Origin: Ylistrum balloti
Taxonomy: Eukaryota
Assembly: GCF_031769215.1 (NCBI RefSeq)
Contig: NW_026782015.1
Location: 1,798,001 to 1,862,000 of the forward strand
Direction: 5' to 3'
Length of the DNA stretch: 64,000 nucleotides
This document shows positions 12,304-38,343 of the stretch, piece by piece (position 1 is the stretch's first letter; the number at the start of each line of letters is the position of its first letter). Under the pieces are notes generated by a model. It saw nothing but the letters and a program-made list of their open reading frames with translations. It searched no databases and was not told the DNA's origin. A program made the translations under genes and the position numbers.

Positions 12304-15059
12304 CTTGAGGCCGTTCTAATAGTTTACTAGACGTTTAGTAATTTTTTACCAATGACATCATGTCTTCTACATCAACACGAGCAGCGAAAGTAACCAGTTT
12401 GTGGCCGCGATATGGAGTTGTATATAGAGAGAATGTATGGTCAATGTCATAAAATAGCAGTATTTTGGCGAAGGCGAAGAAAGGCAAAAGTGGCAAGCCT
12501 CTGCTTATATTTTAAGACACTGACAATGTATTCTATTTTTCCTGCAACATTTACTGAAAATCAGACCATTGAAACTTTCACAATTTTGTTGTTCAACATG
12601 ACATTGACCTTGCGCTGAATTTTGCCTGATGACGGACGTCAAAATCATTGCTCCGCGCGGAAACATAGTTCCAAATTTCATCGGATATAACAGTGATTTT
12701 ATGAATTTTCATAAATCAACTTGTTCATTACAACATGTAAAATCGCTTATTTCAACAATTTTTTTTTCATATTTCTAAACGTAATAGTTAAGTAAATTCG
12801 GAGAGTAATTATGTCGAACTACCGCACGTGTTAAAAACACGGCTGTTTTCCGTCACTGTCGAATACAGCAAAATTACATATGGCAGGTGTATTCCGACAA
12901 TGGCGGTGCTAGTTGCAGGATAAGTCTACATAGAATGTTATCCTTTGAAAGTGAAAATGTCAGTGTTTAAAACAGAATAATCCATAGCCGTAGACAGGTG
13001 TTGCAAGCTTTGAGTGTCGGTTTTGTTTTATTTCCTATTGGTTCAAATGGTTAACCTTTAACAAACTTCTTACAACAATTATATGTATGCACAGTCGATG
13101 TCGTTGCCTGGCGAGAGTTAAAAACATCGACTTTAATATATCTGTGCATTCAAAACCATGTTAGCATGACATAATAATATTTGAACTAATTGTACCCAGA
13201 CAATATATAATTACCGTCTATCGGCATACCCGTATATAACCTGTACCATGCACATGTGGTCAATCAGAGTTAGCACAAGTTCGAGAAAGATGTGTGTGAC
13301 TAGTTCTTAACCCGCACCAATAAAGTCCACTGCATGATTCTTATCCCTCACAGTGGGCAAGTAGTGTTGATATTTCCGTCATAACTACTATTGGCCTCTA
13401 AACGCCCACTTGTCTTTCGTGTCAGAAAACTACCATGAAAAAAACTGAGGAATTGGTCCGTGCGAAGTGAGATGGCAAAAAGAAAGTACATGCGTCTTCT
13501 TGGAAGTTACCAGTCACAACGTAACAAAGGATAATACTGGTGGGATATGCTAAGTGATCAATTATCTTGTCTTTCCCTTTTCATACTTCGTACATTTTCA
13601 AAATGTAGTTTTTAGCAATTGTCTGAAAAGAACCATCGTTTTATCTCTTGGAGTTTGTTGGACAGACAGTTCGTATTTGTAGTTAGTTTTTCCCCCATAT
13701 TTGTGTTGATTACTAACGAACAGTTATTTTTTTCATCACCCAGGACCTGGGCCGACTATATAATTTCTATCCTACTATCACTTGTGTTAGAGGTACCAAA
13801 ATTAGATAATTTTAAAAGTGTCACATGTAAAGATGTACATGGAAACCTATTTTTAATACAAATTACAACTGTATATCAAAAACCAACAATCATAAACAAT
13901 TTATGAATTCCGTCCGCGAGGTTTGCCGTAGTCTGCATTCCACGTTTTAATTCATTCGATTAGTGACACGGTTCAGGTGCAGGTTTATAGAATATATGAC
14001 TCTACTGCATCTAACTCTAAATCATTAAAAGGTCCTTTTCATTTGTGTGTCTTTTGTACAATCTATCTGCGATTTCAATTGTTTACTTGGTCGGTATCGA
14101 ACGCGACAAAGTCAAAAATTAAAACCGCGTATAATCGTGATATCTCGACCTGCATTATGTAGCCATTGTATATTATTTTTGAAATTGATTGAGTGTAACA
14201 TTTTCCGCCCCATACCAACAGATGGACCACAAGAAAGACATACAGACACGTCCGCCAATAGCAGATAAAATGTGATAGTGGGACTGGATTCTGAAAATTA
14301 TGTATTTTTAATACAGTGTCTATTGAAGTGAAATTTTATATTAAAAGCATTACATATAAATCGTATATTTTTTCTGTACGAATTACATGGACTTATATGT
14401 AGAGTTAATAGTCTCAAGCATTAAATTTAAGGTTTTAGTAGGGAGACTGGGCCGAATGTCGAGACGGAAGGCGAAAGTCCTTTTCTGGCTCTTCTCCTTG
14501 CGTAACTTTCTATGTAAATAGTTTTGTAACAAAGTATACAATCACCCTAATAAATCACTTTGTAATTGTTTTATTTGTTTTTTTGTCTTTAGCTACCCAA
14601 CAAAGACACTCGTAACTCGATTGGTTCATAACAATGCTGACAGGTAGTCAACACTGGAATATTTTCTGACAATAGTATACAAAGTTTGAAAGTAATAATC
14701 TTCGTGCACGTTCATGTAAGTCGAGATTTCAATGCCACAAGATCGATTTCCTACATTTGGCAACACAACAATGTTATTGATCACGATCTTACAAACGAAG
14801 AGGTGAGGTCATATCGGTGATCACCCTGCTCAACACGAAACTTCCGGGTTGGTTATTATCAACCTCGCTGCACGTCTTCACCTTAAAATGCACAAATATT
14901 TAAGTTGCGTGATAACAAAGATAAAACTACGGTCGATAATACACTTGTCCCCTGTCTGTTTACCTCACAGTTATAATATTCAGTTATAGCTGCCCGAATG
15001 ACCGGATTGTTAATCAACGATGTTGCTGTGCCATGTGTTAGTCTGTCCCAGTAAATCTG

Positions 15060-15730
15060 AGTAATTGTGGAAGTGATTCTGTATCACTGTCTAAGTGAGT
15101 CCATGTCACTGTCTTAGTGAGTCTGAGTCACTGTCTAAGTGAGTATGAGACACTGTCTTAGTGAGTCTGTATCAGTCAGATTGTCATTGTTGTAGCGAGT
15201 CGGACTCCATGCCTAAGTCAGTCTGTGTTACTATCAGTGAGTCCTTATCACTGTCTTAGCGAGTCAGTGCCTCTTGTCTGAGCGATTCGGAGTCACTGTC
15301 CAAGTCCTCCTCGATACTCTAGGGGTTACGATCACTTTCGCACTCTGCACCCCTGGAACATGTCATGGCAAAATAGAAGGCAGAAGCGAAGTAATTTTAT
15401 TGGATCCAGGAGAAATTAACAGACCAATCACAGACTGATCATGCTCCTTTCCAAGATTACAAAGGAGCGACACCAGCTTCAAAGCCATGACGATATTCCG
15501 TTACGCCGTCTCGTGATTTATTTGATGTACATCAAATGATCCAACTGATATTTACGGCTTGTCGACAACGTGCCGCACATGGAACCTTTAATTTTGACAT
15601 GATATATTCCAGCGGTGCAGAGAACGAAAGTGATCGTAATCCCTGGAGTATCGGGGGTGTGTTAGTTAGTCTTTATCAATATCTAAGCGAGTATGTATCA
15701 GTGGCTTAGTGAGTCTGTGTCACTGCTCTA
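15060..15730. repeat. Degenerate ~20-bp tandem repeat (TCACTGTCTTAGTGAGTCTG), interrupted by a MITE
   Basis: Motif recurs on both sides of 15308-15657. Confidence 0.6.
15308..15657 (+). mobile_element. Full-length ~350-bp MITE with ~55-bp TIRs
   Basis: TCCTCGATACTCTAGGGGTTACGATCACTTTCGCACTCTGCACCCCTGGAA at the left is the reverse complement of TTCCAGCGGTGCAGAGAACGAAAGTGATCGTAATCCCTGGAGTATCGGGGG at the right. Confidence 0.88.
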
Positions 15731-16244
15731 GCAAATGAATAGTGTAATATTGAAGTCACCTTGGTCTTTCAGATCACAATAAAACCACACAAAAAACTCT
15801 CTGATACTTTAGATTATTCGTTTATTTACAAATATCATTTTAGCGTTTTTCTGGCTGGATATGATATAAAATCAGTTTGTCTAATGGGGCAACTTATGTC
15901 ATGTTATATAACAAACAGACTTCACATCATATCTAGTCAGTGAAAACCCCAGAATAATCCCACCTCAGCCATTTCTTCAGTGATTTCACCAAGTGGTGTA
16001 TGAAGGTCAACTTAAGCCTACTGCTGAGGACGTATTTTTTTACAAGCACAGTATTGTAGTAGAAGGGAGGGAACTCTCGCAGACTCACATCCAGTCACAA
16101 AATTAACATAATATGTACTCCCAAACATTAACTGATACATTAGAAATAAAACTAGATCACAATAAAACCACACAAAAAACTCTCTGATCTTTAGATTATT
16201 CGCTGATATAAAATCAGTTTGTCTAATGGGGCAACTTATGTACT

Positions 16245-17335
16245 TCATCAATTTGCCATCAGACACTTCATACACTTTAACCACTCATACAACAGTGTTA
16301 TCTGTTCAATTAGTGCCATCAGACACTTCAGACACTTTAACCACTCATACAACATTGTTATCTGTCCAATTAGTGCCATCAGACACTTTAACCACTCATA
16401 CAACATTGTTATCTGTTAAATTAGTGCCATCAGACACTTCAGACACTTTAACCACTCATACAGCAGTGTTATCTGTTCAATTAGTGCCATCAGACACTTC
16501 AGACACCTTAACCACTCATACAACAGTGTTATCTGTTCAATTAGTGCCATCAGACACTTCAGACACTTTAACCACTCATACAACAGTGTTATCTGTTCAA
16601 TTAGTGCCATCAGACACTTCAGACACTTTAACCACTCATACAACAGTGTTATCTGTTCAATTAGTGCCATCAGACACTTCAGACACTTTAACCACTCATA
16701 CAGCAGTGTTATCTGTTCAAGTAGTGCCATCAGACACTTCAGACAACTTAACCACTCATACAACAGTGTTATCTGTTCAATTAGTGCCATCAGACACTTC
16801 AGACACTTTAACCACTCATACAACAGTGTTATCTGTACAATTAGTGTCATCAGACACTTCAGACACCTTAACCACTCATACAAATGTTAACTGTTCAATT
16901 AGTGCCATCAGACACCTCAGACAACTTAACCACTCACACAAGTGTTATCTGTTCAATTAGTGCCATCAAACACTTCAGACACTTTAACTGCTCTTACAAC
17001 AGTGTTATCTGTTCAAGTAGTGCCATCAGACACTCTAACCACTCATACAACAGTGCTATCTGTTAAATTAGTGCCATCAGACACTTCTGACACTTTAACC
17101 ACTCATACAACTGTGTTATCTGTTCAATTAGTGCCATCAGACACTTCAGACACCTTAACCACTCATACAACAGTGTTATCTGTTCAATTAGTGCCACCAG
17201 ACACCTCTGACACTCTAACCACTCATACAACAGTGTTATCTGTTCAATTAGTGCCATCAGACACTTTAGACAACTTAACCACACATACAACAGTGTTATC
17301 TGTTCAATTAGTGCCATCAGACACTTCAGACATCA
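16245..17335. repeat. 60-bp minisatellite (51-bp variants), about 18 copies
   Basis: Unit TCAATTAGTGCCATCAGACACTTCAGACACTTTAACCACTCATACAACAGTGTTATCTGT. Confidence 0.92.
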
Positions 17336-19082
17336 TATCACCATTCGCAACACAAAGCAATAATGTGATAATAGATAGTACCATAAAAAGAAGGATGGAA
17401 AGTGCTCCATATACAATACAAATACTGTCACTGGTTTCATGTAATAATAGGATTTAACAATTGATTGCCTATAAATATATATATGTATATATACATATAT
17501 ATCACTATTGTTCTATCAATGTGAAGCATAAGAGTCCCTACTGATAAACAGCTATAACACTGCTTGTGCTTTATCTCCCTTGGAATGTGGAGTTAATTAC
17601 TACATGTTCATTCACTCAGTATCTTTAATTCATACAAATATCAATAAACACATCACTCCTCCATAATGACATAAATCACAGGTAACAGCTTTCATTTATA
17701 CTTATAATTTAATAATATAAATATCAATTGAAAAGTGAACTAAAAAACATTATAAAGACACATTTCTGCTGATTAATCTTCATTCCTGATTAAGAATTAA
17801 CACATTCATACTTTACAGACACAAACGTTTGACAGTTGGCAATGACAAATTATTGTACACAGAGACTACAAATAAATTATTCCTTCTCCCAACAAACAGT
17901 TTACAAATCCCAGTGAAGGATGACCCTGTTTTATACCATTAAAGATCATTTCATCAGTAACATGAAACACTTTATCATGAGAGTCATCCTCTTCAAGCCA
18001 TCTAAAGCTGCAACTCCCTTGATCTGTGAACTGTTTTCTCGGATCCAAACCAGTTACTTGAAACTGGTTATATGCTGATTAACCTACACTTCTGTAAGCA
18101 CATCAGTATTCTTTGTGAAAACCTCAGTTGATACCCCAAATTTCACCTCAATATATTTACATTAACAAATGAATAAAAAGTGTAAGTTAAACACTGTAAA
18201 TGACATTGATTATGGTAATCATTATGGCATCGTTAATGTTGTCATAGAGACAGGGAAAGTACCATCAAAAAGATCTTTCCGTTTGAAGGATTGCAGTTTT
18301 GTATAGAATATAGATATAGGAACAGAATTATCTTCTACTGGAATTTACGATAGTAGGAATTACAGATGTTTTGCAGGCAGAGATCCTATATTTTGATTGC
18401 ACTAGTATATAATTTGATGTTCGTCTGCAAAGCTCTGCATTGATTCTGACTGTAAATGTCATGGCACAACAATCACATGCCTTATCAATCTCGTACAAAA
18501 TTCTTAACTGAATATTTTTCATTTAGAAATAGAATACCTCTGTTGGTTTTCTTAAGTATCCTTGACTAGAAATATTCTCATGTTGGCAGAACTAGCACCT
18601 TAACCAGGTTACTGGTCACTATATATATATATATGCACAGGATGAAAAGTCAAAGTCTTCAGGATCCAAACTGCCTAAGAAGATTACTCCCAGATAAACC
18701 ACTTTTAGACTAATTTGATGCACATTTACGAAAAAAAATTTTACTTTGTACACAGGACATTCATATTATCATGTATTTAAATAATGTTTCTTTGTTTATT
18801 TGTTTCTGTTCTCTTTAAGCAGACCTACCTGAGACAGAACAGATTTTGAATATAGTCAGGCCCCATACTGCTATGAGTATTGTTTTTCAAGAGGTGCTTT
18901 CATCACGAAACCAGCTGTGATATGCGACCAGTTCATTTATGGGGACAATCCCGAAACCTATCCCTGGTTACATATGAAAAATGTCACAATGTGATGAGTG
19001 CAAAAGATAATAGATTTGCTCTCTCCAAGTCTAAACTTGGTTCTAATCACGTGACTGCTCTTGTGATGTTTTCAGCTTGGTT

Positions 19083-31509
<12,427 letters not shown>

Positions 31510-32399
31510 GTTGGCGACCGTATTATACTGCGATATGTTACACTGTATGTGATTGGGCAATGGTAAGCAAAGAGACCAATCCACGCTGGTTTCACATATC
31601 CTAAGGGACACAACTCGCAAACTGAAGGAAACGCTACACTATTACTGTCAAGTCAATGTCAGATTTAACGTTGAGCTATATTGTAGCAGAAATAAATTTA
31701 TATGTTTCGGAATGATTTATAGAAGAAAAAAAAATGAAAAAAATCACGATTTGATAATTTTTCCCGAAACCGCGATTAGTAGAATAAAGACCATTACTAA
31801 CATCACGGACTTTCGTTATATAACTAACATGTAAACTATGCCGAACTACCTAAGTTCGTTATAATAAACATGTATCTACCCCTTGTGTTAAACTAGATAT
31901 CAGGAATTAACAGCATTGCGAGATGATTTGATGTACAATATAAATTAGCCAAAACGTCAATGGGAAATATGACATTAGAAAATTATTGCGACGTAGATAT
32001 TGCTAAAAATAATCAAAATATCGAAAATACTGTGAAGTTGACTTTTTAAAGACAATATCTAAATTTAATCAGTATCAATGAAAACTTAGAACAAATACAT
32101 CTAAATATAGTATATGCATTTACGTTTCTTGCCTTCACACGTTCACATTTAGGAAACTTCAAAGTTCTGAGTCTTCCAGACTGAAATGGACGATACCCAA
32201 TTTATGCAACCTACATTTTAAAGATATTAACAGCAGATGCTTAAAAATCATCATATTGTCTTTCTTCTTCCTGTGTAAGTACAGGACTTCCGAGGGAGTA
32301 CAATGATGCACTGGCGCATGAAAAGTACCGATAAATACCTTCTGGCGTTATTTACAATGTTAAGAAACGAATAAAACATCTACAGCTGACTGGAGCGGC

Positions 32400-33352
32400 T
32401 GCTGTGATGGTCATAAACAGCATGCGGAATGTTTCGTGTGTTTTGCCTGTCCTCACGGATGAGGATAATCCGTTCCAGTCTCTGATGATGTGGGAGAAGA
32501 AGAGTTTGTGGGATACTTTCTTCGATGCGGTTGGTTGTAGGAATTTAAGTGCACCTCTTGCCCTGCTGTCACCTGATGTCAGTTATCCTGCCCCTTAAAT
32601 GTCCGTGGGAGATTTTAAACATCACGATGAGCCTGGAAGTCGTAAGGCGATGATTGAGAGTGTCCCATTGTAGGTCCTGCGCCACGGCTGTCATGCACCC
32701 TGGACAACGGTTTCTGTAATTATCTGTTACGGGCCGACCTCCTTAGGACCTGCATGAGAGTCCTGGCGTGGACTTGTTGATATGGATCCCACGCTGTGCT
32801 GACGTACTCTAAAGTTGGCAGACCGTTGCCTGGTAAACCATAGACTTGATGTGGGGTTTGTGTCCATGGGTGTTCCTCTTGACGAATTCTAGAGTTCTGA
32901 TGGTATTGGTCTTGATGTTGGAGACGTGTTCATTCCAGTGCAGCTTATGGTGAATATCAACATTCAGATACTTGACACTGCTGACTTCCTCGAGAGTGTG
33001 GTTATGTAATGTATAGCCTGAGTGGGTGCCGCTTGTTGGTCAGGTGGTTCACCGTACACTTTTGTTGGTGGAACTCCATCTCCCATTAGTGTTCACAACA
33101 TTGGAATTATGGCAGATGCTCTTGGAACTGTTTTGCATCGGCTGGGCACGATATGCTCATGTGCAGCACGCAGTCATCTTCGAATAGGGCACGATATGCT
33201 CATGTGCAGCACGCAGTCATCTTCGAATAGCCGTGCATCTGACTGAATGTGATCTAGCAAATCGTTGGTGTATGTTAGGAACATCAGTGACCCCAGCACC
33301 GTCACTTGTGGCACTCCGGAAATGACATCAGCTCGGCTAGAGGTTGTACCAT
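32400..33352 (-). mobile_element. CR1/L2-superfamily LINE reverse transcriptase fragment, degenerate
   Basis: Reverse translation SGVPQVTVLGSLMFLTYTNDLLDHIQSDARLFEDDCVL (GVPQG.. and FADD motifs) and YTLHNHTLEEVSSVKYL..HWNEHV..TLEFVKRN. Confidence 0.85.
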
Positions 33353-33376
33353 CTGGATTCCCTTTGTCAAGAAGTC

Positions 33377-33438
33377 CATGGCATGTTCCAGGGGTTCAGA
33401 GAGTGGAAGTGATCGTAACCCCTGAAATATCGAGGATG
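33377..33438 (+). mobile_element. Isolated right TIR of the same MITE family
   Basis: CATGGCATGTTCCAGGGGTTCAGAGAGTGGAAGTGATCGTAACCCCTGAAATATCGAGGATG is the reverse complement of the left TIR at 5644 and 15308. Confidence 0.75.
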
Positions 33439-34139
33439 GGTATTAGGGTACATTATTGTACACAGAATCTGATAACCCTAAACACTTGGCATGTGTTCAC
33501 TCATCACACTCGTCGCAGGCAACAGCTTTTGATCCCAACGACATGGTTTGGTGCAGACTCCGATTGGGTACTTGGTATGTCATAGGTTGCTCTCTAGTCC
33601 ACTCATGAGAAGTAACACTTGGGCAAGTTTTCATTATTTAATTTGGCCACGATGTTTTTAAACACATGATAGCCAATAAAACACAGTGTACGGACAGTTT
33701 ACATGGGTTTCGTGTTCCAGGAGTGACAAAGGGTAAGACTACAATGGATAATATATATATCTGTTTTGTTCAGGGGTATTTCTGGTGAAATTTTTCATCA
33801 TCAGAATCAAAATGTTCAGAGGCAATTCGGTGGCAATTGTTTACATTGGAAAGCGGAAGTTGTAAAAAAGATGTCGATTTCATTTGAAACTTCTGGAGAA
33901 CACGATCTGGTATTGATCGTTTATCCACTGGTATGCAAAGTTGTTCCTAGATGTTATCTAAATATATTGCAACTAAATAAAATCCTGATGCAAGGTCTCA
34001 AGTTTCATGAAAATTTGAATTTAAGCTCTGCATGATGAAGGGAAGTCGTCCTTGAGCATGCTCAACATGTTATCCAATTTCGTTGCATATCTGAAAGCAA
34101 TTATGGTTAAAAAATCAAAATATATTGAAATAATGAATT

Positions 34140-34627
34140 AGTAACACTGGTAAAATACTAACAGCAATATACTGCCCACTAGAGAGAACTTCACTTTAGC
34201 TCGATCGATTGAGCGTCAGACTAGTCAGCCAGGGGTTTCGGGTTCGAATCCTAGTGGAGTCATTAAAATATATTATAACCACTGTTACATTGGCATCCAT
34301 GTAGGGACTCGTGAATGATACTTAGTAATACTTTCACAAGCATCGTTGTAGTCGATGGAAATTTGAGGACAATAATTTCCTGGAGAGGGAGTGTGTTGAA
34401 TGATACTTAGTAATACCTTCACAAGCTTCGTTGTAGTCGATGGAAATTCGAGGACAATAATTTCCTGGAGAGGGAGTATGTAACCCTGGTAAAATGCTGA
34501 ACACAATAATATAACGCTTGGTTAGAGAAAACTTCTCTTTAGTTCGATCGGTTGAGCGTCGGACGAGTAAGCCGGAGGTACCGGGTTAGAATCTTACCGG
34601 AGAAAATAAGTAATGACCTCTGTTACA
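34140..34627 (+). mobile_element. TRIM with tRNA-like LTRs, full-length copy B (internal region duplicated)
   Basis: LTR1 about 34140-34289, PBS TGGCATCCATGTAGGGAC 34291-34308, LTR2 34479-34627 after PPT GGAGAGGGAG; perfect B-box GGTTCGAATCC 34241-34251. Confidence 0.87.
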
Positions 34628-36219
34628 AATGAAGTGAAGTCGAGTGAAAATATATAATATGGCATCTGCCACTTAGTTATCTAGTGGCCGCCAGATAATG
34701 ATGTAGCGGAAGCTAGGAAATTAAGTGGCAACCACCAGATAAAATATTTTCACTAGTAACATTGGGAGGCGTCAACACCAAACCAGCCATTAAAAAAAAA
34801 AAACACAAAAAAAACCCACATGGACATTTTCATTAAGGGAAACTTACCGTTAACAAAATAATTCTTTATAAAACTGATGCCGCGTATAATTTCTGATAAA
34901 ACTAAGAAGTTTTATGAATATTAAATTTGTACTTAACCTCAAGTTTGCATTTGATTTAACGAGCTTTAAACTGCAAAGCAACGAAAAAAATGAAAAAAAA
35001 AATGTATTTTAAAATGACATCAATCCTTTATTTGATTACTTCTAGTTTTTAATTTTGTAAGAGTAAGTTTTCGGTAGAGAAATTTCCGGGGGTACTTTTC
35101 ACGATTAAAAAAGAGGGGGGTCTCTGTTCTCTAAATTTTGCAATTTTTCTCCCAAAAAGCCAGTTTTTCCAAGATCAAGAAAGCAGGCGAAATATATATT
35201 TTTGTGTCTTAAAATTACAGGAAACTGGCCGTTCGTAAAAGCGGGTACACATGTACCGGAAAAACTTCATTTTAGATTGTATCGTGCAGAAAACCTCGCG
35301 TCCTTTAGGCTTGAACGAAGGAACACCCCGCCCCCAACCCATCGGCTCTCCTACTTTCCGCGTACATATCTGTTCAGATTCTGTGAATCTGGTATACACA
35401 AAAATAAAACATGGTCCCGAGGGGACATGAAAGCGGAGAGGCACGCTTTACTGTATTGACGACATCATTGTCCCTAATGAATTCTTACAACCCACGAGAG
35501 TTATTTACTTGACAAGATCACACGACAGACATATCTATCTTCATCTATTCGACAAGCATCTGAAAAAAACGAGCTCCGACATTTATATAATATTAATTCA
35601 GATTACATCTAACTTAAGATTTATCGGACCTGTATGGACATCGCGGATCAATATGGATGCCTGGAGCGGGATATAAATCTAATACAACATGTGGTTGATA
35701 TATTCCTTCACTCGATTTTTCGAAAATTACAATAACACGAGCTTCAGGGAATTAACGGTTACCGGCGTTCTTGCTATTTTGACCGAGTCTGGCATAATTC
35801 ACAGGGGGAATATTGTGTTAGATAAGAACAAAGACTAGGAAACATCATTGTACAGTCTGTACCCCAGTACCTTGAGGGCATCGCATACCATCGCCACACG
35901 AGTTTGACCGCAAGAGGAGCCCTGGAACTACAGAAGCCAAGACGCATAGGAAACGACAGTGTTCGAATATTGTCCTTTCTCGTTGGAATTTTTCATGTTT
36001 GTGGTGATTGACTTTCATGAGGTTAATTTTACATCACAGACACATTATATTAAACATGTTTGTATCCGTCCGTCCATTACGTAATTCACATTAAGCGTGC
36101 TATTCTGTTGTTATACACTAACTACGGTTTCCAGTAAGTGAAAATTTGTAATTTCAAAATATCTGCCAAATACATCACCAAATAGACATGTAATCGAATA
36201 TTAAATGACAGAGGATGCT

Positions 36220-37080
36220 CCTGTGAACACAGGGCCTTTGTATGCCACTGTTCCTCAGGAGCTCAGGACTCCGGTACACTACTGTTCCCAGGGAAACCAA
36301 GACCATAGCATGCCACTGTTCATAAGGAACTCATGCCATTGTATGCTACTGTTCCGAGGGAACTCTGACCTTGATATGCCACTGTTCCTTGGGAACTCGG
36401 GACCTTGGTATATGCCATTTCTAGTAAACACAGGACCTTGGTATATGCCAATGTTCAAAGGAAACTCAGGACATTGGTATGCTACTGTTATTAGGGAACT
36501 CGGAACCTTGGCATACCACTGTTCAAAGAGAACTCATGACATCGGTATGACTCTGTTCATAAGGAAATCGGGACCTTAGTATATGTCATTCCTAGTGAAC
36601 TCAGGACCATGGCATACGCCACTGAACATAGGGACTCAGGTCATTGGTAGGTTAATTTTCTTATGAAACTCGGGACCTTGGCATACCACTATTCCTAGCG
36701 GACTGGGGACCTTGGTATTAGCTATTGTTAGTGAACTCAGGACATTTGTATGTTACTTTTCTTAGGAAACTCGGGACCTTGGCATACCACTATTCCTAGG
36801 GAACTGGGGACCTTGGTATTAGCTATTGTTAGTGAACTCGGGACATTGGTATATACCACTGTTCCTAGAGAACCCAGGACCTTTGTATACGCCACTGTTA
36901 CATGAGAATACCGGACATTGGTAAGTCATTGTTGCTATGGAACTCAGGACCATGGTATACACTAGTGTTTCCATGGAGCATAAGACCACTGTATGTCACT
37001 GTTGCTATGGAATACAGGACATTGGTAAGTCACTGTTGCTATGGAACTCAGGACTATGGTGTATGCCACTGTTCCTGAGA
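36220..37080. repeat. Old degenerate ~33-bp tandem repeat (GGAACTCAGGACCTTGGTATATGCCACTGTT)
   Basis: Motif recurs throughout with many substitutions. Confidence 0.75.
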
Positions 37081-38343
37081 TGAATTCGCCTTTCCTTGTT
37101 TACGCCCACAACCGTACTTAATCTCCTTAGGGTTTCGCCCGACAGACATTCTTTATCAATCGATTTAGGATCTTGCCACATATTTTGCGTCTTAACAAGC
37201 AATCTATCCATACCAAAATACTTTGCCCGATTTTTATAGGACGAGTTTCAAGCGGTACCAAGATACATACAAAGTGATCGTCTTGCTTTATTTCTGGAAA
37301 AAATTATACAGTCCTAATACATGCACTGTATCATCGTCTTGTTTTCTTTCTGTAGCGAGTTTTACACAGTCCTAAGATCTATAGGGCATTGTCATAGTGT
37401 TTTTATTACTAAAGTGAGTTCCATGCGGTCAACTAAGATATGTAGAAATTGTCATATTGTATCGCATGATTCGTCCTGTGAGGTTATCACATCATAGCCC
37501 TTGTCTGGTTGTTCAGAGATATCTTGTATGCTCTACATCGCGACCAGTATTATCATAATGTAGCATTTAGAAATAACGATGAGAGTCGTCTGTAATTAGA
37601 CAGCTGTTGGAATGTATAGATCGTCCTGTATGTCACGGAATCGACATTGTACGATTTTATATCAAATATTCAAATAAGCACGAGTGTTGCCCGTGACTTT
37701 GGGTGTACACAGCAAAAGCGAAGTGGCCTCCAATGAGTAAAGCTAGATGTTACAGTCGGGGCAGAGAAGTGTGACAACGCCGTGAAACTACTGCACTTCA
37801 CTAATGAAGACGAATATTGATCTTTACAAATCGATAAAGCTTGAGCGGAGACATGATACCGTACACAGCCATCAAGTACAGCACTGCACACTTGTCCTCA
37901 ACACCTGTCCAGCATCCCATATTGAGTAAACAAATCCCCAAAACCAACAAATATGGCGTGGAACTAAGCTCTTCTATCTATATGATCGTTCAATCGTTAC
38001 CACAGGGTTGCACACCATCAACAACTTCAGTTAGCCAATTCACCAGTACACTTCCATAACGATCGATTAGGTGATTTATCAGTAATCGAAAAGAATTAGT
38101 CAGGATATCAATATTGGTAAATCGAGACATTCTGGTTTCCCGCCATTAGTTGCGGAGGCTGTGATAATAGTGTCGCTTCGATGAATCACGTGATTTGGTA
38201 TGGTGACATGTGACAATCTAGGAAATTAAAATATGGCGGCTGCTGGAATCAGTGAATGTGTCAGAGGATGAACAGAAGGTTACAACAACAAATGTGTTCT
38301 ATCTTCATGTGACAGTGTTTTTGTCAGACTCTGTTTTGGCACA

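Noticed and set aside
13093-13132. 9-bp inverted repeat (AGTCGATGT/ACATCGACT)
   Set aside because: Too short to exceed chance in 64 kb and no supporting context.
16226-17457. Thr/Ser-rich mucin-like ORFs
   Set aside because: 60-bp tandem repeat open in several frames on both strands, with no signal peptide or splice support.
17866-18522. Short minus-strand ORFs as extra GPR107 exons
   Set aside because: GPR107 already terminates in frame at 19083 with a plausible C-terminus; these lie in the presumed 3' UTR and show no recognisable homology.
34190-34260. Functional tRNA-Thr gene (also at about 28840, 29120, 34540, 51780, 56110)
   Set aside because: A and B boxes and the anticodon loop are present, but acceptor and T stems pair poorly and every copy sits inside an LTR.
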